A stretch of DNA of 64,000 bases from NCBI GenBank assembly GCA_965224245.1, contig OZ245046.1:3008001-3072000 (forward strand), in the 5' to 3' direction. Source of the stretch: Candidatus Eiseniibacteriota bacterium. GTDB taxonomy: Bacteria > Eisenbacteria > RBG-16-71-46 > CAZAMP01. Both the position numbers and the translations under genes were made by a program. Under the pieces are notes generated by a model. That model did not search any database. It saw only the letters and a list, made by a program, of their open reading frames with translations, and was not told the origin of the DNA. Shown piece after piece: positions 9,960-20,068 of this stretch (position 1 is its first letter; every line of letters begins with the position of its first letter).

Positions 9960-9986
9960 GGCCGGGCGTCGGAGGCGTCGGCCCGG

Positions 9987-10637
9987 TCAGCCGGGGCGAC
10001 GCTCCGAGGCCGGCTCTTCGCCCGGCGGTGCCATCCGTACCGGTCGGGCCGGCCCCTCCGGCACCACCGACCCGGCCGAGATCACCATCTTCAGGCCGTC
10101 CTCGACCGAGATGCTCAGCTCGATGATGTCCGACTCGGGCACGAGGAGCAGGTATCCGGACGTGGGATTGGGCGTCGTGGGCAGGAAGACCGAGACGAGA
10201 TCCTCGCCGACCCGCTGGCACATCTCCTCCGCCGCGCGCTCGGTGCGAAACGCGAGCACATGGCATCCCCGCCTCGGAAACTCGATCAGGACCACCTTGC
10301 GGAACTTGTGTGTGTCGCTGGCGAAGACCGCCTCGGCGATCTGCTTGGTGCCGATGAACACCCGGTTCAGGATGGGGATCCGGGCCAGCACGCGCTCGTA
10401 GAGCTCGACCGCCTTGCGACCCAGCGTCTTCGACGCCAGCATCCCCACGAGGAGGATGATCAGGAGCAGGCTCACGAGCCCCAGACCGGGCACGCCGCCG
10501 GGGCGAATCCACTCGCCGCGGAACACGCCGCCCAGGATGCCGTCGAGCTGGTCGCCGATCACGTACAGCACGTAGAACGTGACCACCGGCGGCACCACGA
10601 CCACGAGCCCCGCCAGGAAGTAACGTCTGAAGTTCAT
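9987..10637 (-). CDS. DUF502 family membrane protein
   Basis: Two TM segments, VVLIEFPR, VFLPTTPNPTSG, GLKMVISAG. Confidence 0.88.
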   Translation of the reverse strand: MNFRRYFLAGLVVVVPPVVTFYVLYVIGDQLDGILGGVFRGEWIRPGGVPGLGLVSLLLIILLVGMLASKTLGRKAVELYERVLARIPILNRVFIGTKQIAEAVFASDTHKFRKVVLIEFPRRGCHVLAFRTERAAEEMCQRVGEDLVSVFLPTTPNPTSGYLLLVPESDIIELSISVEDGLKMVISAGSVVPEGPARPVRMAPPGEEPASERRPG

Positions 10638-11728
10638 CGCACGACCTTTCGGTTCACGACGATCTGCACCGATTCGATCCGCCGTCGAGAGGCGGTCAAC
10701 ACCTCGAACTCGGCACCGTCCCAGGCCACCCGATCTCCCCGCGTGGGAATGCGCCCGAACTCCTCCAGGAGGAACCCGGCCAGCGTCTCGTAGTCTCCCT
10801 CGGGGAGCGTGAGCCCGATCCGCTCCGAGAGCTCGTCCAGCGGGATCGTCGCGTCGGACACGTACACGTCTCGCCCGATGCGGCGCACACGTACCGCCTC
10901 GCGCTCGTGCTCGTCCCAGATCTCGCCGATCATCTCCTCGACCAGGTCCTCGGTGGTGACCACCCCCGACGTACCGCCGTACTCGTCCACGACGACGGCG
11001 AACTCGTGTCCCCCCTCGACCATCTCGGTCAGGAGCTCCGGACCCTGCTTGCCTTCCGGCACCATCAGGACCGGACGGACGTGGGCGGCGAAGCTCCGCT
11101 CGTCGTCGTCGAGGGCCAGGAGATCGAACACGCTCACGTATCCCGTGATCCGATCCTCGTCCCCCACGTAGACCGGATAGCGCGAGTGACGATGCTCCTC
11201 GACGATCGCGAGAAGCTCGTCGAGATCCGCGTCGCGACTGATGGCGACCATGTCCGAGCGTGGCACCATGATCTCGGTGATCTCGGTCTCACCGAAGCGC
11301 AGCATCCGGTCGGCCAGGACCCGCTCGTCCAGGGGGTCCACCGTCTCCCGGCGCGGCGTGGCGGCGGCGGTCCCGACCGGCGTGTGTGCGCGTCGTCCCA
11401 GCAGGCGCCCGAGCATGCGGACGCCGACCGGGGCGCGCCCGGGGGTGTCCCGGGGCAACGGCACCGGCAGCACCAGCGTCAACGTCAGGACCAGCGCTCC
11501 CAGCGTGATCCACAGCACGACGCCCCCCGTTCCCATGGCCAGCGCGAGCGTCGCGAACGCCGACAACAACAGCAGCTCGGACACCACGAACGCGGGGCGG
11601 GCATGCTCGGCCTCGATCAGGAGCCCGCCCTCGGCATCGGGGTCCACGACCAGCATGCGCGCGGCCGCCTGTCGTCGCACGATCGTCAGGACCACGATCC
11701 CGAGCGTGGTGAGCACCCAGAGCGTCAT
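10634..11728 (-). CDS. hemolysin/CorC-family CBS-domain membrane protein
   Basis: N-terminal TMs; EIMVPR, HSRYPVY, VVVDEYGGTSGVVTTEDLVEE; CorC C-terminal YETLAG. Confidence 0.88.
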   Translation of the reverse strand: MTLWVLTTLGIVVLTIVRRQAAARMLVVDPDAEGGLLIEAEHARPAFVVSELLLLSAFATLALAMGTGGVVLWITLGALVLTLTLVLPVPLPRDTPGRAPVGVRMLGRLLGRRAHTPVGTAAATPRRETVDPLDERVLADRMLRFGETEITEIMVPRSDMVAISRDADLDELLAIVEEHRHSRYPVYVGDEDRITGYVSVFDLLALDDDERSFAAHVRPVLMVPEGKQGPELLTEMVEGGHEFAVVVDEYGGTSGVVTTEDLVEEMIGEIWDEHEREAVRVRRIGRDVYVSDATIPLDELSERIGLTLPEGDYETLAGFLLEEFGRIPTRGDRVAWDGAEFEVLTASRRRIESVQIVVNRKVVR

Positions 11729-12660
11729 GAGTCGGTCTCCGAGAGCGCGCGACGCAGGAGATCGTCCATCGTGATCAGCCCGGCGCTCCGGCCGTACTCG
11801 TCGAGTACCACCGCGACGTGCAGCCGCTGGCTCTGGAACTGATGAAGCAGCCTGTCGAGCCGCTGGTTGGCCGGTATGTACAGGACGTCCCGCATCACGC
11901 TCTTCACGAACACACCGCTCTGGCGGGACCGCATCAAGAGCAGCAGGTCCTTCGTGTGCACGAGCCCCACGACGTCGCCGGTGCGTCCCACGACCGGGAT
12001 TCGCGCATATGCCTGCCGCGCGATCGCCGAGACTGCCCGGCTGACCGACCAGTCCTCGCGCACGGCGCAGAGCTCCTTGCGGGGCACCATTGCCCGGCCC
12101 GCCGTCAATCGCTTCAGGGCCAAGAGCCCGCGCATGTAGCGCTTCAGCTCGGGATCGAACAGCTCGTGTCCATCCACGCTGGTGACGATGGTCTCCTCGA
12201 ACCCGTCGGCGTCCTCGTCGGGCACGTCGCCGGACGCACCGCCGATGCGGGCGGCGCCCCGGGCCACGGCCCGGAGCACCTCGGCGTCGACGCGCGACAT
12301 GCGCGGAGACTGCCGCGAGGTCAGTCGCGTGAAGATCTCGGGCAGCGCCAGCACGGCGAGCGTGCCGACTCCCACGATCGGCCAGGCGAGGTGGGCCGAC
12401 GTCGCGTCGGCGGCCAGGACCAGCACCATCGTCAGCACGATCCGGATCACCGTGCCCAGCAGCGCGAGCGCGAAGTAGGACAGCCTCGGCGTGGTCAAGA
12501 CGGGCCTCAGGTCGACACCCGACGGCAGGTCCAGCTGCGAAGGCACCAGAGGCGCCTCGTTCAGGAGGAGGCGGACGTTGGCGGTGAGCCGGGCATGAAG
12601 GACCAGCGAGATCACCAGCGCGACCGCGAGCATGGCGTACACGGCGATCAGGACGTTCAT
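11725..12660 (-). CDS. CNNM/CBS-domain membrane protein (no CorC domain)
   Basis: TM segments, AMVPR, YARIPV, VVLDEYGRSAGLITMDDLL. Confidence 0.8.
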   Translation of the reverse strand: MNVLIAVYAMLAVALVISLVLHARLTANVRLLLNEAPLVPSQLDLPSGVDLRPVLTTPRLSYFALALLGTVIRIVLTMVLVLAADATSAHLAWPIVGVGTLAVLALPEIFTRLTSRQSPRMSRVDAEVLRAVARGAARIGGASGDVPDEDADGFEETIVTSVDGHELFDPELKRYMRGLLALKRLTAGRAMVPRKELCAVREDWSVSRAVSAIARQAYARIPVVGRTGDVVGLVHTKDLLLLMRSRQSGVFVKSVMRDVLYIPANQRLDRLLHQFQSQRLHVAVVLDEYGRSAGLITMDDLLRRALSETDS

Positions 12661-13118
12661 GTGATCTCCGTCAGGCGCCCGCGCAGACGCTCGATCCAGG
12701 CCCGAAGGCGCTCGACGTGCGCACGCTCGGCCAGTCGCATCCTCCGGCGTCCCGCCGACGTGTCGTGCTCGTAGCCGAGAAGGTGCAGGAGGCCGTGCAC
12801 GAGAAGCCGCGTCAGCTCGTCGGCCACGTCGTGGCGATAGCGCGGCGCCTGGGCGATGGCGCGGTCGGTGCTGATGATCACCTCACCGATGTGGCGATGC
12901 GGGCCGAGCGAGTCGCTCGGGAACGCCAGCACGTCCGTGGGGCGCGGCTTTCCGCGATACATCTCGTTCAAGGATGCGAGCAGCGCATCGTCTCCGAGCA
13001 CGACACTCACCTCGTCGACGTCGGGCGCCTCGGCAACCACGATGCGCCGCGTCATCGCACCGACGATGCGGCCCGATCGGGGCAGGCGTTTCTGGCGATC
13101 AGCGACCGAGACGTCCAC
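12657..13118 (-). CDS. ybeY: rRNA maturation endoribonuclease YbeY
   Basis: LNEMYRGKPRPTDVLAFP and HGLLHLLGYEH; start inferred at GTG 13118. Confidence 0.93.
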   Translation of the reverse strand: MDVSVADRQKRLPRSGRIVGAMTRRIVVAEAPDVDEVSVVLGDDALLASLNEMYRGKPRPTDVLAFPSDSLGPHRHIGEVIISTDRAIAQAPRYRHDVADELTRLLVHGLLHLLGYEHDTSAGRRRMRLAERAHVERLRAWIERLRGRLTEIT

Positions 13119-15513
13119 GGGCGGCTCCCCGAGTCCTGGTCGCCGAGCGCCGGGCATCGGCCCCGTCGCCGTCGCCGCCGACCACCTCGAGATCCGACGT
13201 CCGCGGGGGCCGGGCCGCCAGCGTGTCCACGTCCGATCCGCTGCGCACGTCCACCGGCTCGGCGTTGGCCAGCGCCGCGTCGGGCGAGATCGCGTCACGA
13301 TCCAGCGTCTCGACCTCCGGCGGCGAGGTCCCGCCGTCGGAATCGGTCGGGTAGCGGACGCGACCGTGGAACATCCCCGTCAGGACCAGTACGAACGCCT
13401 CCCGGATCCGGGCGAGGTCGGCCAGCGTGAGACCGCACTCCTCGAGCTCGCCGGCCTCGACACGCGACTCGATGATCCGCGTCACGAGCCCGCGAATGCG
13501 CGACGGCTTGGGATCGGTCAGCACGCGGCTGGCCGCCTCCACGCCGTCGGCCAGCATCACGGTCGCGGTCTCCTTGCTTCGGGGACGTGGCCCGGGGTAA
13601 CGGAAGTCGTCGCGATCCACGTTCGGATCGGCGGCCTTGGCCTTCTGGTAGAAGAACGCCATCTCCGAGGTGCCGTGATGCTCGCGAATCGCGTCGATCA
13701 GAACCTCGGGGAGCTTGTGCTCCTTGGCGAGCTGTACGCCCTCGCGCACGTGGCTCTCGAGAATGAGACAGCTCATCGACGGCGTGAGCCGATCGTGCGG
13801 GTTTCTGGCCCTCGGGTTCATCGCGATGTTCTCGATGAAGTACTCCGGCTTCTGCACCTTGCCGATGTCGTGGTAGTAGCACATGACCCGTCCGAGCAAC
13901 GAGTTCGCGCCCACCTGCTCGCATCCGGCCTCGACGAGCGTCCCCATGACCATGCTGTGGTGGTACGTCCCCGGCGCCTCCAGCATCAGTCGCTTCAAGA
14001 GGGGTCGATTGAGATCGGAGAGCTCCAGCAGCCGGAGATCGGTGGTGACGCCGCACACGACCTCCAGGATCGGCATCAGCGTGATGGCGATCACGGTCGA
14101 GAGCGCGGCGTTCACGAGCGCCCAGCCGCTGTCGGTGACCATGTCGAGACCCAGATCCCCGCGCATCATGGCCAGGGCGGACACCGTGAACACGTACGCC
14201 ATCGACACCAGGAGGAGCGCCCGGAACACCTCGGAGCGATGACGGACCCGCTGAACCGCGTACACGCCGGTGAACCCGCCGACCAGGGAGCCGGCCACGA
14301 AGTCGAGCCCGAGCCCCGCGTTGAGCGCGAGCATCACGACCGACACGAGGGTGAAGAACACTCCCAGCTGAGCGTCGATCAGAAGGCTCACCACCATCGA
14401 CCCCGCGGCAACCGGGATCAGGAGCCACGGTAGCTGGATCGCGTTCAGCACCACCGCCGCGCTGCCGAACACCACCAGCGCCGTGATCGCCAGGAGCATC
14501 AGCTTGCCGGTGTCGGCGTACACGCGCGGGCGGTGCAGTCGGATGTAGACGATGCAGAACACCAGAATGGCGGCACTCAGGAGCACCCGGCCGGCGACGG
14601 CGATCCCGGACTTCCAGCGCGCGTCCATCCCACGCCGGGACTCGAGCTCGGCCTGGAGCGCTCCGAGCATCTGTACGACGTCGGGCGTGATGCGATGTCC
14701 ACCCTCGACGATGTTCTCGTTGGGCAGCACGCGGCGCGCGACCGGAGACACCGACGCGATCTCGGTGGCCTCGGCCCGCTCGGTCGTGACCCGGTCGTAG
14801 ACCAGATTGGGCTCCAGGAACGCGGTCACCAGCGCGCGGAAGGCGGCGCCGGCGAGATCGTCGTCCCGGAACTCCAGGCGCGCGAGCGCCTGGGCATCGC
14901 GCGCGATGCGGCTGTCGTTGTAGATCTCGCCGCGCAGGTTCACCAGTGAGTAGCGTCCCTCGGACCACAGCATGTGACGCATCGAGGTGCGGACCTTCTG
15001 CGCGGCCACCTCGTCGGCGTAGCCGGCACGGAGCACGTCGTCGATGAAGCTCCGGGCCACGCGCATGACCTCGGCGCGGCGCTCGTCGTCGAGTAGCGCG
15101 CGGCGGGAGCGGTCCGGCAGATCCACGCCGGCCTCGCCCAGGTGGATCAGCGCGGTGAGCGTGTCCGACCTCGACTCGGTCGCGATCGCGTCCGCGCGCG
15201 CGCGATAGTCGTCGAACCTGGCCAGGACGCGCGCCTTCACCGGCTCCGAGCGCTGGAAGTAGGCGGGGACGTCTTCCAGGGCGCGCTTGCGTTCGGCGGC
15301 CAGCTGGGCGTCGCTCTTGGGGACGTCGAACTCGAAGGGCGCCACGATCGTCTCGGGCGCGATGCCACCCTCGTGAAACCCCTCGAAGTGAGAGACCTCG
15401 GTCTGATCGGGAAACAGGAAGATGGCCGCGGCCAGAACCACCACCGCCAGCGCGAACCGGCGCAGCTGGAGCCAGCGCGACCGGAGCCCCTTGCCGCCGG
15501 TGCCCGACCTCAT
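13099..15513 (-). CDS. 7TM-HD phosphohydrolase (PgpH-like, HDIG domain)
   Basis: Extracytoplasmic domain, multiple TMs, APGTYHHS, YYHDIGK, HHGT, FRYPGPRP, MLADGVEAA. Start ATG 15513 overlaps the phoH stop. Confidence 0.9.
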   Translation of the reverse strand: MRSGTGGKGLRSRWLQLRRFALAVVVLAAAIFLFPDQTEVSHFEGFHEGGIAPETIVAPFEFDVPKSDAQLAAERKRALEDVPAYFQRSEPVKARVLARFDDYRARADAIATESRSDTLTALIHLGEAGVDLPDRSRRALLDDERRAEVMRVARSFIDDVLRAGYADEVAAQKVRTSMRHMLWSEGRYSLVNLRGEIYNDSRIARDAQALARLEFRDDDLAGAAFRALVTAFLEPNLVYDRVTTERAEATEIASVSPVARRVLPNENIVEGGHRITPDVVQMLGALQAELESRRGMDARWKSGIAVAGRVLLSAAILVFCIVYIRLHRPRVYADTGKLMLLAITALVVFGSAAVVLNAIQLPWLLIPVAAGSMVVSLLIDAQLGVFFTLVSVVMLALNAGLGLDFVAGSLVGGFTGVYAVQRVRHRSEVFRALLLVSMAYVFTVSALAMMRGDLGLDMVTDSGWALVNAALSTVIAITLMPILEVVCGVTTDLRLLELSDLNRPLLKRLMLEAPGTYHHSMVMGTLVEAGCEQVGANSLLGRVMCYYHDIGKVQKPEYFIENIAMNPRARNPHDRLTPSMSCLILESHVREGVQLAKEHKLPEVLIDAIREHHGTSEMAFFYQKAKAADPNVDRDDFRYPGPRPRSKETATVMLADGVEAASRVLTDPKPSRIRGLVTRIIESRVEAGELEECGLTLADLARIREAFVLVLTGMFHGRVRYPTDSDGGTSPPEVETLDRDAISPDAALANAEPVDVRSGSDVDTLAARPPRTSDLEVVGGDGDGADARRSATRTRGAARGRLGR

Positions 15514-16493
15514 GGCTCGTCGCCCGCGACGCCGTCCGCCGCGGCCGTGTCGAACGCCCGGATGATGTCCTTGACCAGCTGGTGGCGCACCACGTCGACG
15601 TCGGTGAAGTGCACGAACGAGACACCGTCGACCTCGGACAGGATCGGCTCGATCTGGATCAGGCCCGAGTCCGACCGAACGGGGAGGTCCACCTGCGTCA
15701 CGTCGCCGGTGACGACCGCGCGCGATCCCAGCCCCAGCCGGGTCAGGAACATCTTCATCTGCCGGAGCGTGCTGTTCTGGGCCTCGTCGAGAATCACGAA
15801 CGAGCGCGCGAGCGTGCGGCCGCGCATGAAGGCCAGCGGCACGATCTCGATCACGTTCGTGGTCAGGAGCTTCTGCAGTCGTTCGTACGTGATCACGTCC
15901 TCGAGTGCGTCGTAGAGCGGACGCAGGTAAGGATCGATCTTCTCCTGGAGATCGCCCGGCAGGTACCCGAGCTTCTCTCCGGCCTCGACGGCGGGACGCG
16001 CCAGGACGAGGCGATCCACTTGACGAGCCTTGAGCGCCGAGACCGCCATCGCCACCGCGAGATAGGTCTTCCCGGTGCCGGCCGGCCCGATCCCGAACAC
16101 GATGTCGTTGGACGCGATCCGTCGCAGGTACTCCGCCTGCATCGAGGTGCGGGGCTTGACGACCTTGCGGTCGAAATGGAGGACGAGATCGTCGTCGGCG
16201 TCCGGCGCCCCACCGACGTCCCGGCGTCCGGTCAGGAAGTCCTGGAAGTCGGTCTCGGAGAGCGGGCGTCCGGATCGGACGCGCTCGAGCAGCCCGACGA
16301 TGAAGCGCTCGGCACGATCGAGCGAATCTCCGTGCCCGAACACCCGGAGCGTCCCGTTCCGGACGACGACGGAGACGTCGAAGGTCTTCTCGATGGCACG
16401 GAGATTCTGGTCGCGCTGGCCGAGCAGCGTCAGCGAGTCGGCGCCGTCCAGCGCGATCGTGCGCGAGGCGGGTTCCGATCGATCTTCGTGCAT
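15510..16493 (-). CDS. phoH: PhoH family ATPase
   Basis: GPAGTGKTYLA, RPAVEAGE, PLAFMRGRT, ILDEAQN. Confidence 0.95.
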   Translation of the reverse strand: MHEDRSEPASRTIALDGADSLTLLGQRDQNLRAIEKTFDVSVVVRNGTLRVFGHGDSLDRAERFIVGLLERVRSGRPLSETDFQDFLTGRRDVGGAPDADDDLVLHFDRKVVKPRTSMQAEYLRRIASNDIVFGIGPAGTGKTYLAVAMAVSALKARQVDRLVLARPAVEAGEKLGYLPGDLQEKIDPYLRPLYDALEDVITYERLQKLLTTNVIEIVPLAFMRGRTLARSFVILDEAQNSTLRQMKMFLTRLGLGSRAVVTGDVTQVDLPVRSDSGLIQIEPILSEVDGVSFVHFTDVDVVRHQLVKDIIRAFDTAAADGVAGDEP

Positions 16494-18307
16494 CAGCTCC
16501 CCGAGTTGGGCGATCGGCTCGACGGGCCGTCGTCGAGCTCGATCCGGACGCGAAGCTCGTGGAGCTCCGCGGCGTCGACCGGCGCCGGCGATCCATCCAT
16601 CAGGGACGCCGCGCTCGTGGTCTTCGGGAACGCGACGGTGTCTCGAATGGACGTCGACCCGGATAGAATCATGATAATACGCTCGAGCCCCAGCGCAATA
16701 CCCCCGTGCGGCGGTGCGCCGTAGTCGAATGCTCTCAAGAGGAACCCGAAGCGGCGGTGGGCCTCCTCGATGTCCATGCCGATGAGCCCCAGGATCTTCT
16801 CCTGCAGCGTGCGCTCGTGGATCCGGATGCTACCCGAGCCCAGCTCGACACCATCCAGCACCAGATCGTAGAGCTGGGCGCGCACCGCGTCGGGCTCGGA
16901 GTCCAGCATCGCGATGTGGTCGGCCCTCGGCATCGTGAAGATGTGATGGCACGGCGCAAGCGCGCCGGTCACCGGATCCCGCTCCAGCAGCGGGAAATCG
17001 TTCACCCACAGGATCCGGTGATCGCCCGGCGCCGGTGGATGGAACGCGCGCCCGAGGTCCAGGCGCACCGCCCCCAGAGCCGTGCACGCGGTGGACCAGG
17101 CATCGGCCACGAACAGGAGCGTGTCCCCGTCGGAGGCCCCGCACGCGCCCAGGATCGCGCGCTGCTCGCTGAGCGAGAGGAACTTGGCGATGCCCGAGTC
17201 GAGCGTGTCGCCCGCGACCTTCGTCCGCGCGAGACCCTTGGCGCCGTAGCGCTTGGCGGTTGCCTCGAGCTCGTCGAGCGCCTTCCGGGACAGCGTGTGC
17301 TCGGCGGGCACGCGGAGCCCCTTGACGACTCCACCCGCCTCGATCGCGCCCGCGAACGCCCGGAACTCGGTGCCGCGAACCGCGTCGGTCACGTCCGCCA
17401 GGTGCAGCTCGAACCGGATGTCCGGCTTGTCGGATCCGTACGTGTTCATCGCATCGTGATAGCCGAGTCGCGGAAACGGCGTCTCGAGCTCGAGGCCGGC
17501 CGCCTCGGAGAAGATGGCCGCCATCAGTCCTTCGACCAGCGCGTAGACGTCCTCCTCCTGGACGAAGCTCATCTCGAGGTCGATCTGGCTGAACTCGGGC
17601 TGCCGGTCGGCCCGCAGGTCCTCGTCGCGCATGCACCGGGCGATCTGGTAGTAGCGATCGAAGCCCGCGACCATCAGGATCTGCTTGTAGAGCTGGGGCG
17701 ACTGCGGCAGCGCGTAGAACGATCCCGGCCTGATCCGGCTGGGCACGACGTAGTCCCGTGCCCCTTCCGGCGTCGGGCGGACGAGCATCGGCGTCTCGAT
17801 CTCGGCGAACGATTCGCGATTCAGGTAGCGTCGCGTGGCCTGGCAGACCTCGTGACGCCGCATGAGGATCGCCTGCAGCGCGGGCCGCCGGAGGTCGAGG
17901 TAGCGGTACTTGAGGCGCAGGTCCTCGGACGCGGAGTCGTGCTCGTCCAGTCCGAACGGCGGCACCTCGGAGGCGTTCAGGATCTCCAGCGCCTCGGCCC
18001 GCAGCTCGATCGCGCCGGTCGCCAGCTCGGCGTTCTGCATCTCGCCCGGCCGTGCCGCGACCACGCCCTCGACGGCCACCACGAACTCGCTCCGGAGCTT
18101 GGCGGCCGTCTGCATGACCGTCTCGGGCACCTCGGTCGCATCGAACGTGACCTGCGTCAACCCGTACCGGTCTCTGAGGTCCACGAACACGACGCCACCT
18201 TTGTCGCGATGACGATGCACCCAGCCGTTGAGGCGGACGCGCTGTCCCTCGTGCTCGCGGCGCAGCTCGCCGCACGTATGTGTTCGCGACCGAGTCCCCG
18301 TGCCCAT
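16493..18307 (-). CDS. aspS: aspartate--tRNA ligase
   Basis: RTHTCGELR, FVDLRDRYG, RLKYRYLDLRR, YALPQSPQLYKQ, RDEDLRADRQPEF, GAPPHGGIALG; start ATG 18307. Confidence 0.97.
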   Translation of the reverse strand: MGTGTRSRTHTCGELRREHEGQRVRLNGWVHRHRDKGGVVFVDLRDRYGLTQVTFDATEVPETVMQTAAKLRSEFVVAVEGVVAARPGEMQNAELATGAIELRAEALEILNASEVPPFGLDEHDSASEDLRLKYRYLDLRRPALQAILMRRHEVCQATRRYLNRESFAEIETPMLVRPTPEGARDYVVPSRIRPGSFYALPQSPQLYKQILMVAGFDRYYQIARCMRDEDLRADRQPEFSQIDLEMSFVQEEDVYALVEGLMAAIFSEAAGLELETPFPRLGYHDAMNTYGSDKPDIRFELHLADVTDAVRGTEFRAFAGAIEAGGVVKGLRVPAEHTLSRKALDELEATAKRYGAKGLARTKVAGDTLDSGIAKFLSLSEQRAILGACGASDGDTLLFVADAWSTACTALGAVRLDLGRAFHPPAPGDHRILWVNDFPLLERDPVTGALAPCHHIFTMPRADHIAMLDSEPDAVRAQLYDLVLDGVELGSGSIRIHERTLQEKILGLIGMDIEEAHRRFGFLLRAFDYGAPPHGGIALGLERIIMILSGSTSIRDTVAFPKTTSAASLMDGSPAPVDAAELHELRVRIELDDGPSSRSPNSGS

Positions 18308-18321
18308 CGAGTCCCTCTCCT

Positions 18322-18717
18322 TCAACCCGCGAAACGTCCCGGCCACCCGTGCGACCAGAACGACTTCCCGAAGACCACGCCCGAGACGACACCCACCGCA
18401 TCGGCGAGAAGGTCCCCGACCGATGCGTCCCGGCCCGGCACGTGGCTCTGTATCCATTCGTCGGTCAGGCCCACCGCGATCCCGATCGCGATCGCGATCG
18501 TCGCCGCCGTGATTCCCGTCCCCGTGCGCGGTCCGGATGCCCGCCACAGCAGAAGACCCAGGACGCCGTATGCGGTCGCATGAAGGACCTTGTCCAGCCC
18601 GTAGACGTCGGGGCCCGCCGCCGACGGCCGGGAGGAGGCGACCAGGAGGAGCGCCGCGTAGGCGATCGCCGGGCCTCGTCGGGAGAGCCACCCGGTGCGA
18701 CTCGCGCCCTCGGACAT
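18322..18717 (-). CDS. VanZ family membrane protein
   Basis: DKVLHATAYG, DEWIQSHVPGR, DLLADAVG. Confidence 0.85.
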   Translation of the reverse strand: MSEGASRTGWLSRRGPAIAYAALLLVASSRPSAAGPDVYGLDKVLHATAYGVLGLLLWRASGPRTGTGITAATIAIAIGIAVGLTDEWIQSHVPGRDASVGDLLADAVGVVSGVVFGKSFWSHGWPGRFAG

Positions 18718-19190
18718 CACGCGCGTGACGCCTCTTCCTTTCGGGCGATCGCGGCAATCGCATCCTGGGGCGTCCGGACCGACAGCAGCCGGCTTTGCAA
18801 CTCGCCATCGTAGAGCAACTTCGAAACGCGGGCGAGCACCCGGACGAAGCCGCCCCGCTCTTCCGGACCCAGAATCATGAAGACCAGGTTGACCGGGCGG
18901 CCGTCCAGCGCCTCGAATTCGATCGGCGTCGAGGGTCGGACGAGCCCCACCGCGAGCCGCTTGACCGCCGAGCACTGGGCGTGCGGAATGGCCACGCCGC
19001 CGCCGATCCCGGTGGACATGACCCGCTCACGCTTCATCACCGCCTCCAGCGCGGCCGCGGCGTCGGTGGTCAGATCCGCCTCGCGAAAGAGCTCGATGGA
19101 GTCGTGGATGAGCGCTTCTTTCGTTCGAACGCTCGCCCCCAGGGACACGCAGCGCTCGTCGATGAGGTCCACGAGCTTGAGTGTGATCAC
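18717..19190 (-). CDS. PTS EIIA domain protein (PtsN/fructose-type IIA)
   Basis: KRERVMSTGIGGGVAIPHA (phospho-His motif), FEALDGRPV; start approximate. Confidence 0.9.
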   Translation of the reverse strand: MITLKLVDLIDERCVSLGASVRTKEALIHDSIELFREADLTTDAAAALEAVMKRERVMSTGIGGGVAIPHAQCSAVKRLAVGLVRPSTPIEFEALDGRPVNLVFMILGPEERGGFVRVLARVSKLLYDGELQSRLLSVRTPQDAIAAIARKEEASRA

Positions 19191-19329
19191 GTTGCAGTCC
19201 CCGTGCCCTCGTCGAGGCACTCGGCTAAGAGTCCATCCGGTGCGACGTTCGAAATCGAAGGCAGCGAATTTAGCACGCTCACGGGAGCGGTCCAAGCCGG
19301 ATTCCGGCCCCACATACGGCTTTTGACGG

Positions 19330-20061
19330 CTAATCGGGATCGAACACGACGCGGATCGACGTCCAGGCCGCATGTGGGCGACCGCCCCGACGGGCCGGCT
19401 CGAAGCGCGCGCGCGACGCCACGGCCAGTGCCGGGGCCCGGAACTCGTCCGGGACCGCGACCGCATCGTCGGGAATCTCGGCGTCGGAGACCCGGCCGTC
19501 GGCATCGACCCTCACGCGAACCTCGACCACGACCACGCCCCGCGACCGCGAGGCCTCGGGGTAGTGGGCCGCCGGAAGGGCGACGACGACCGGGCGCGTG
19601 GCGTCGCCCTGGCCGCCCGATTCGGTGACGGACGACAGGGCCGGGCGCGCCGCGGACGATCGTGTTCCGTCGAGCCGCTCCCACGCGGCGCGGGCGGCCG
19701 GCCCTTCGGACCGCTCGGACGGACCGGTCACCTCCGGAGGGGTCTGGAGCGGGGTGTCCGCCGGCTCGGGGCGGGGCTCGGGCGGAGGCTCGGCCACGTC
19801 CGGGAGATCCGGAGGGTGTGCGAGATCATCCGCCCCGGTGGGTGCGCCATCGGCGGACGGGATGGATTCGCGGGCGATCGCGACGACGTGAATGGGATCG
19901 TGCGAGGCGAACGACACCGATGCAGCGCCGATGGCGCCCCGATCGGTGTCGCCGAGCGAGCGGACGAGGTCGGCGGGAACGAGCCAGAGCACGGCACCGT
20001 GGATCACGCAGGCCGCCGCCGTCGATGCGATCCGGTGTCGACGAGGCGGTCGCCGGCGCAT
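19330..20061 (-). CDS. TonB-like energy transducer
   Basis: N-terminal TM with His (CVIHGAVLW), Pro-rich linker, C-terminal YPEASRSRGVVVVEVRVRVDADGRV...FEPA. Confidence 0.75.
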   Translation of the reverse strand: MRRRPPRRHRIASTAAACVIHGAVLWLVPADLVRSLGDTDRGAIGAASVSFASHDPIHVVAIARESIPSADGAPTGADDLAHPPDLPDVAEPPPEPRPEPADTPLQTPPEVTGPSERSEGPAARAAWERLDGTRSSAARPALSSVTESGGQGDATRPVVVALPAAHYPEASRSRGVVVVEVRVRVDADGRVSDAEIPDDAVAVPDEFRAPALAVASRARFEPARRGGRPHAAWTSIRVVFDPD

Positions 20062-20068
20062 GATCGGG

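Noticed and set aside
15514-16596. N-terminal extension of the 1165-aa ORF suggesting a giant HD fusion
   Set aside because: It overlaps phoH out of frame and is Arg-rich nonsense; the real start is most likely ATG 15513.
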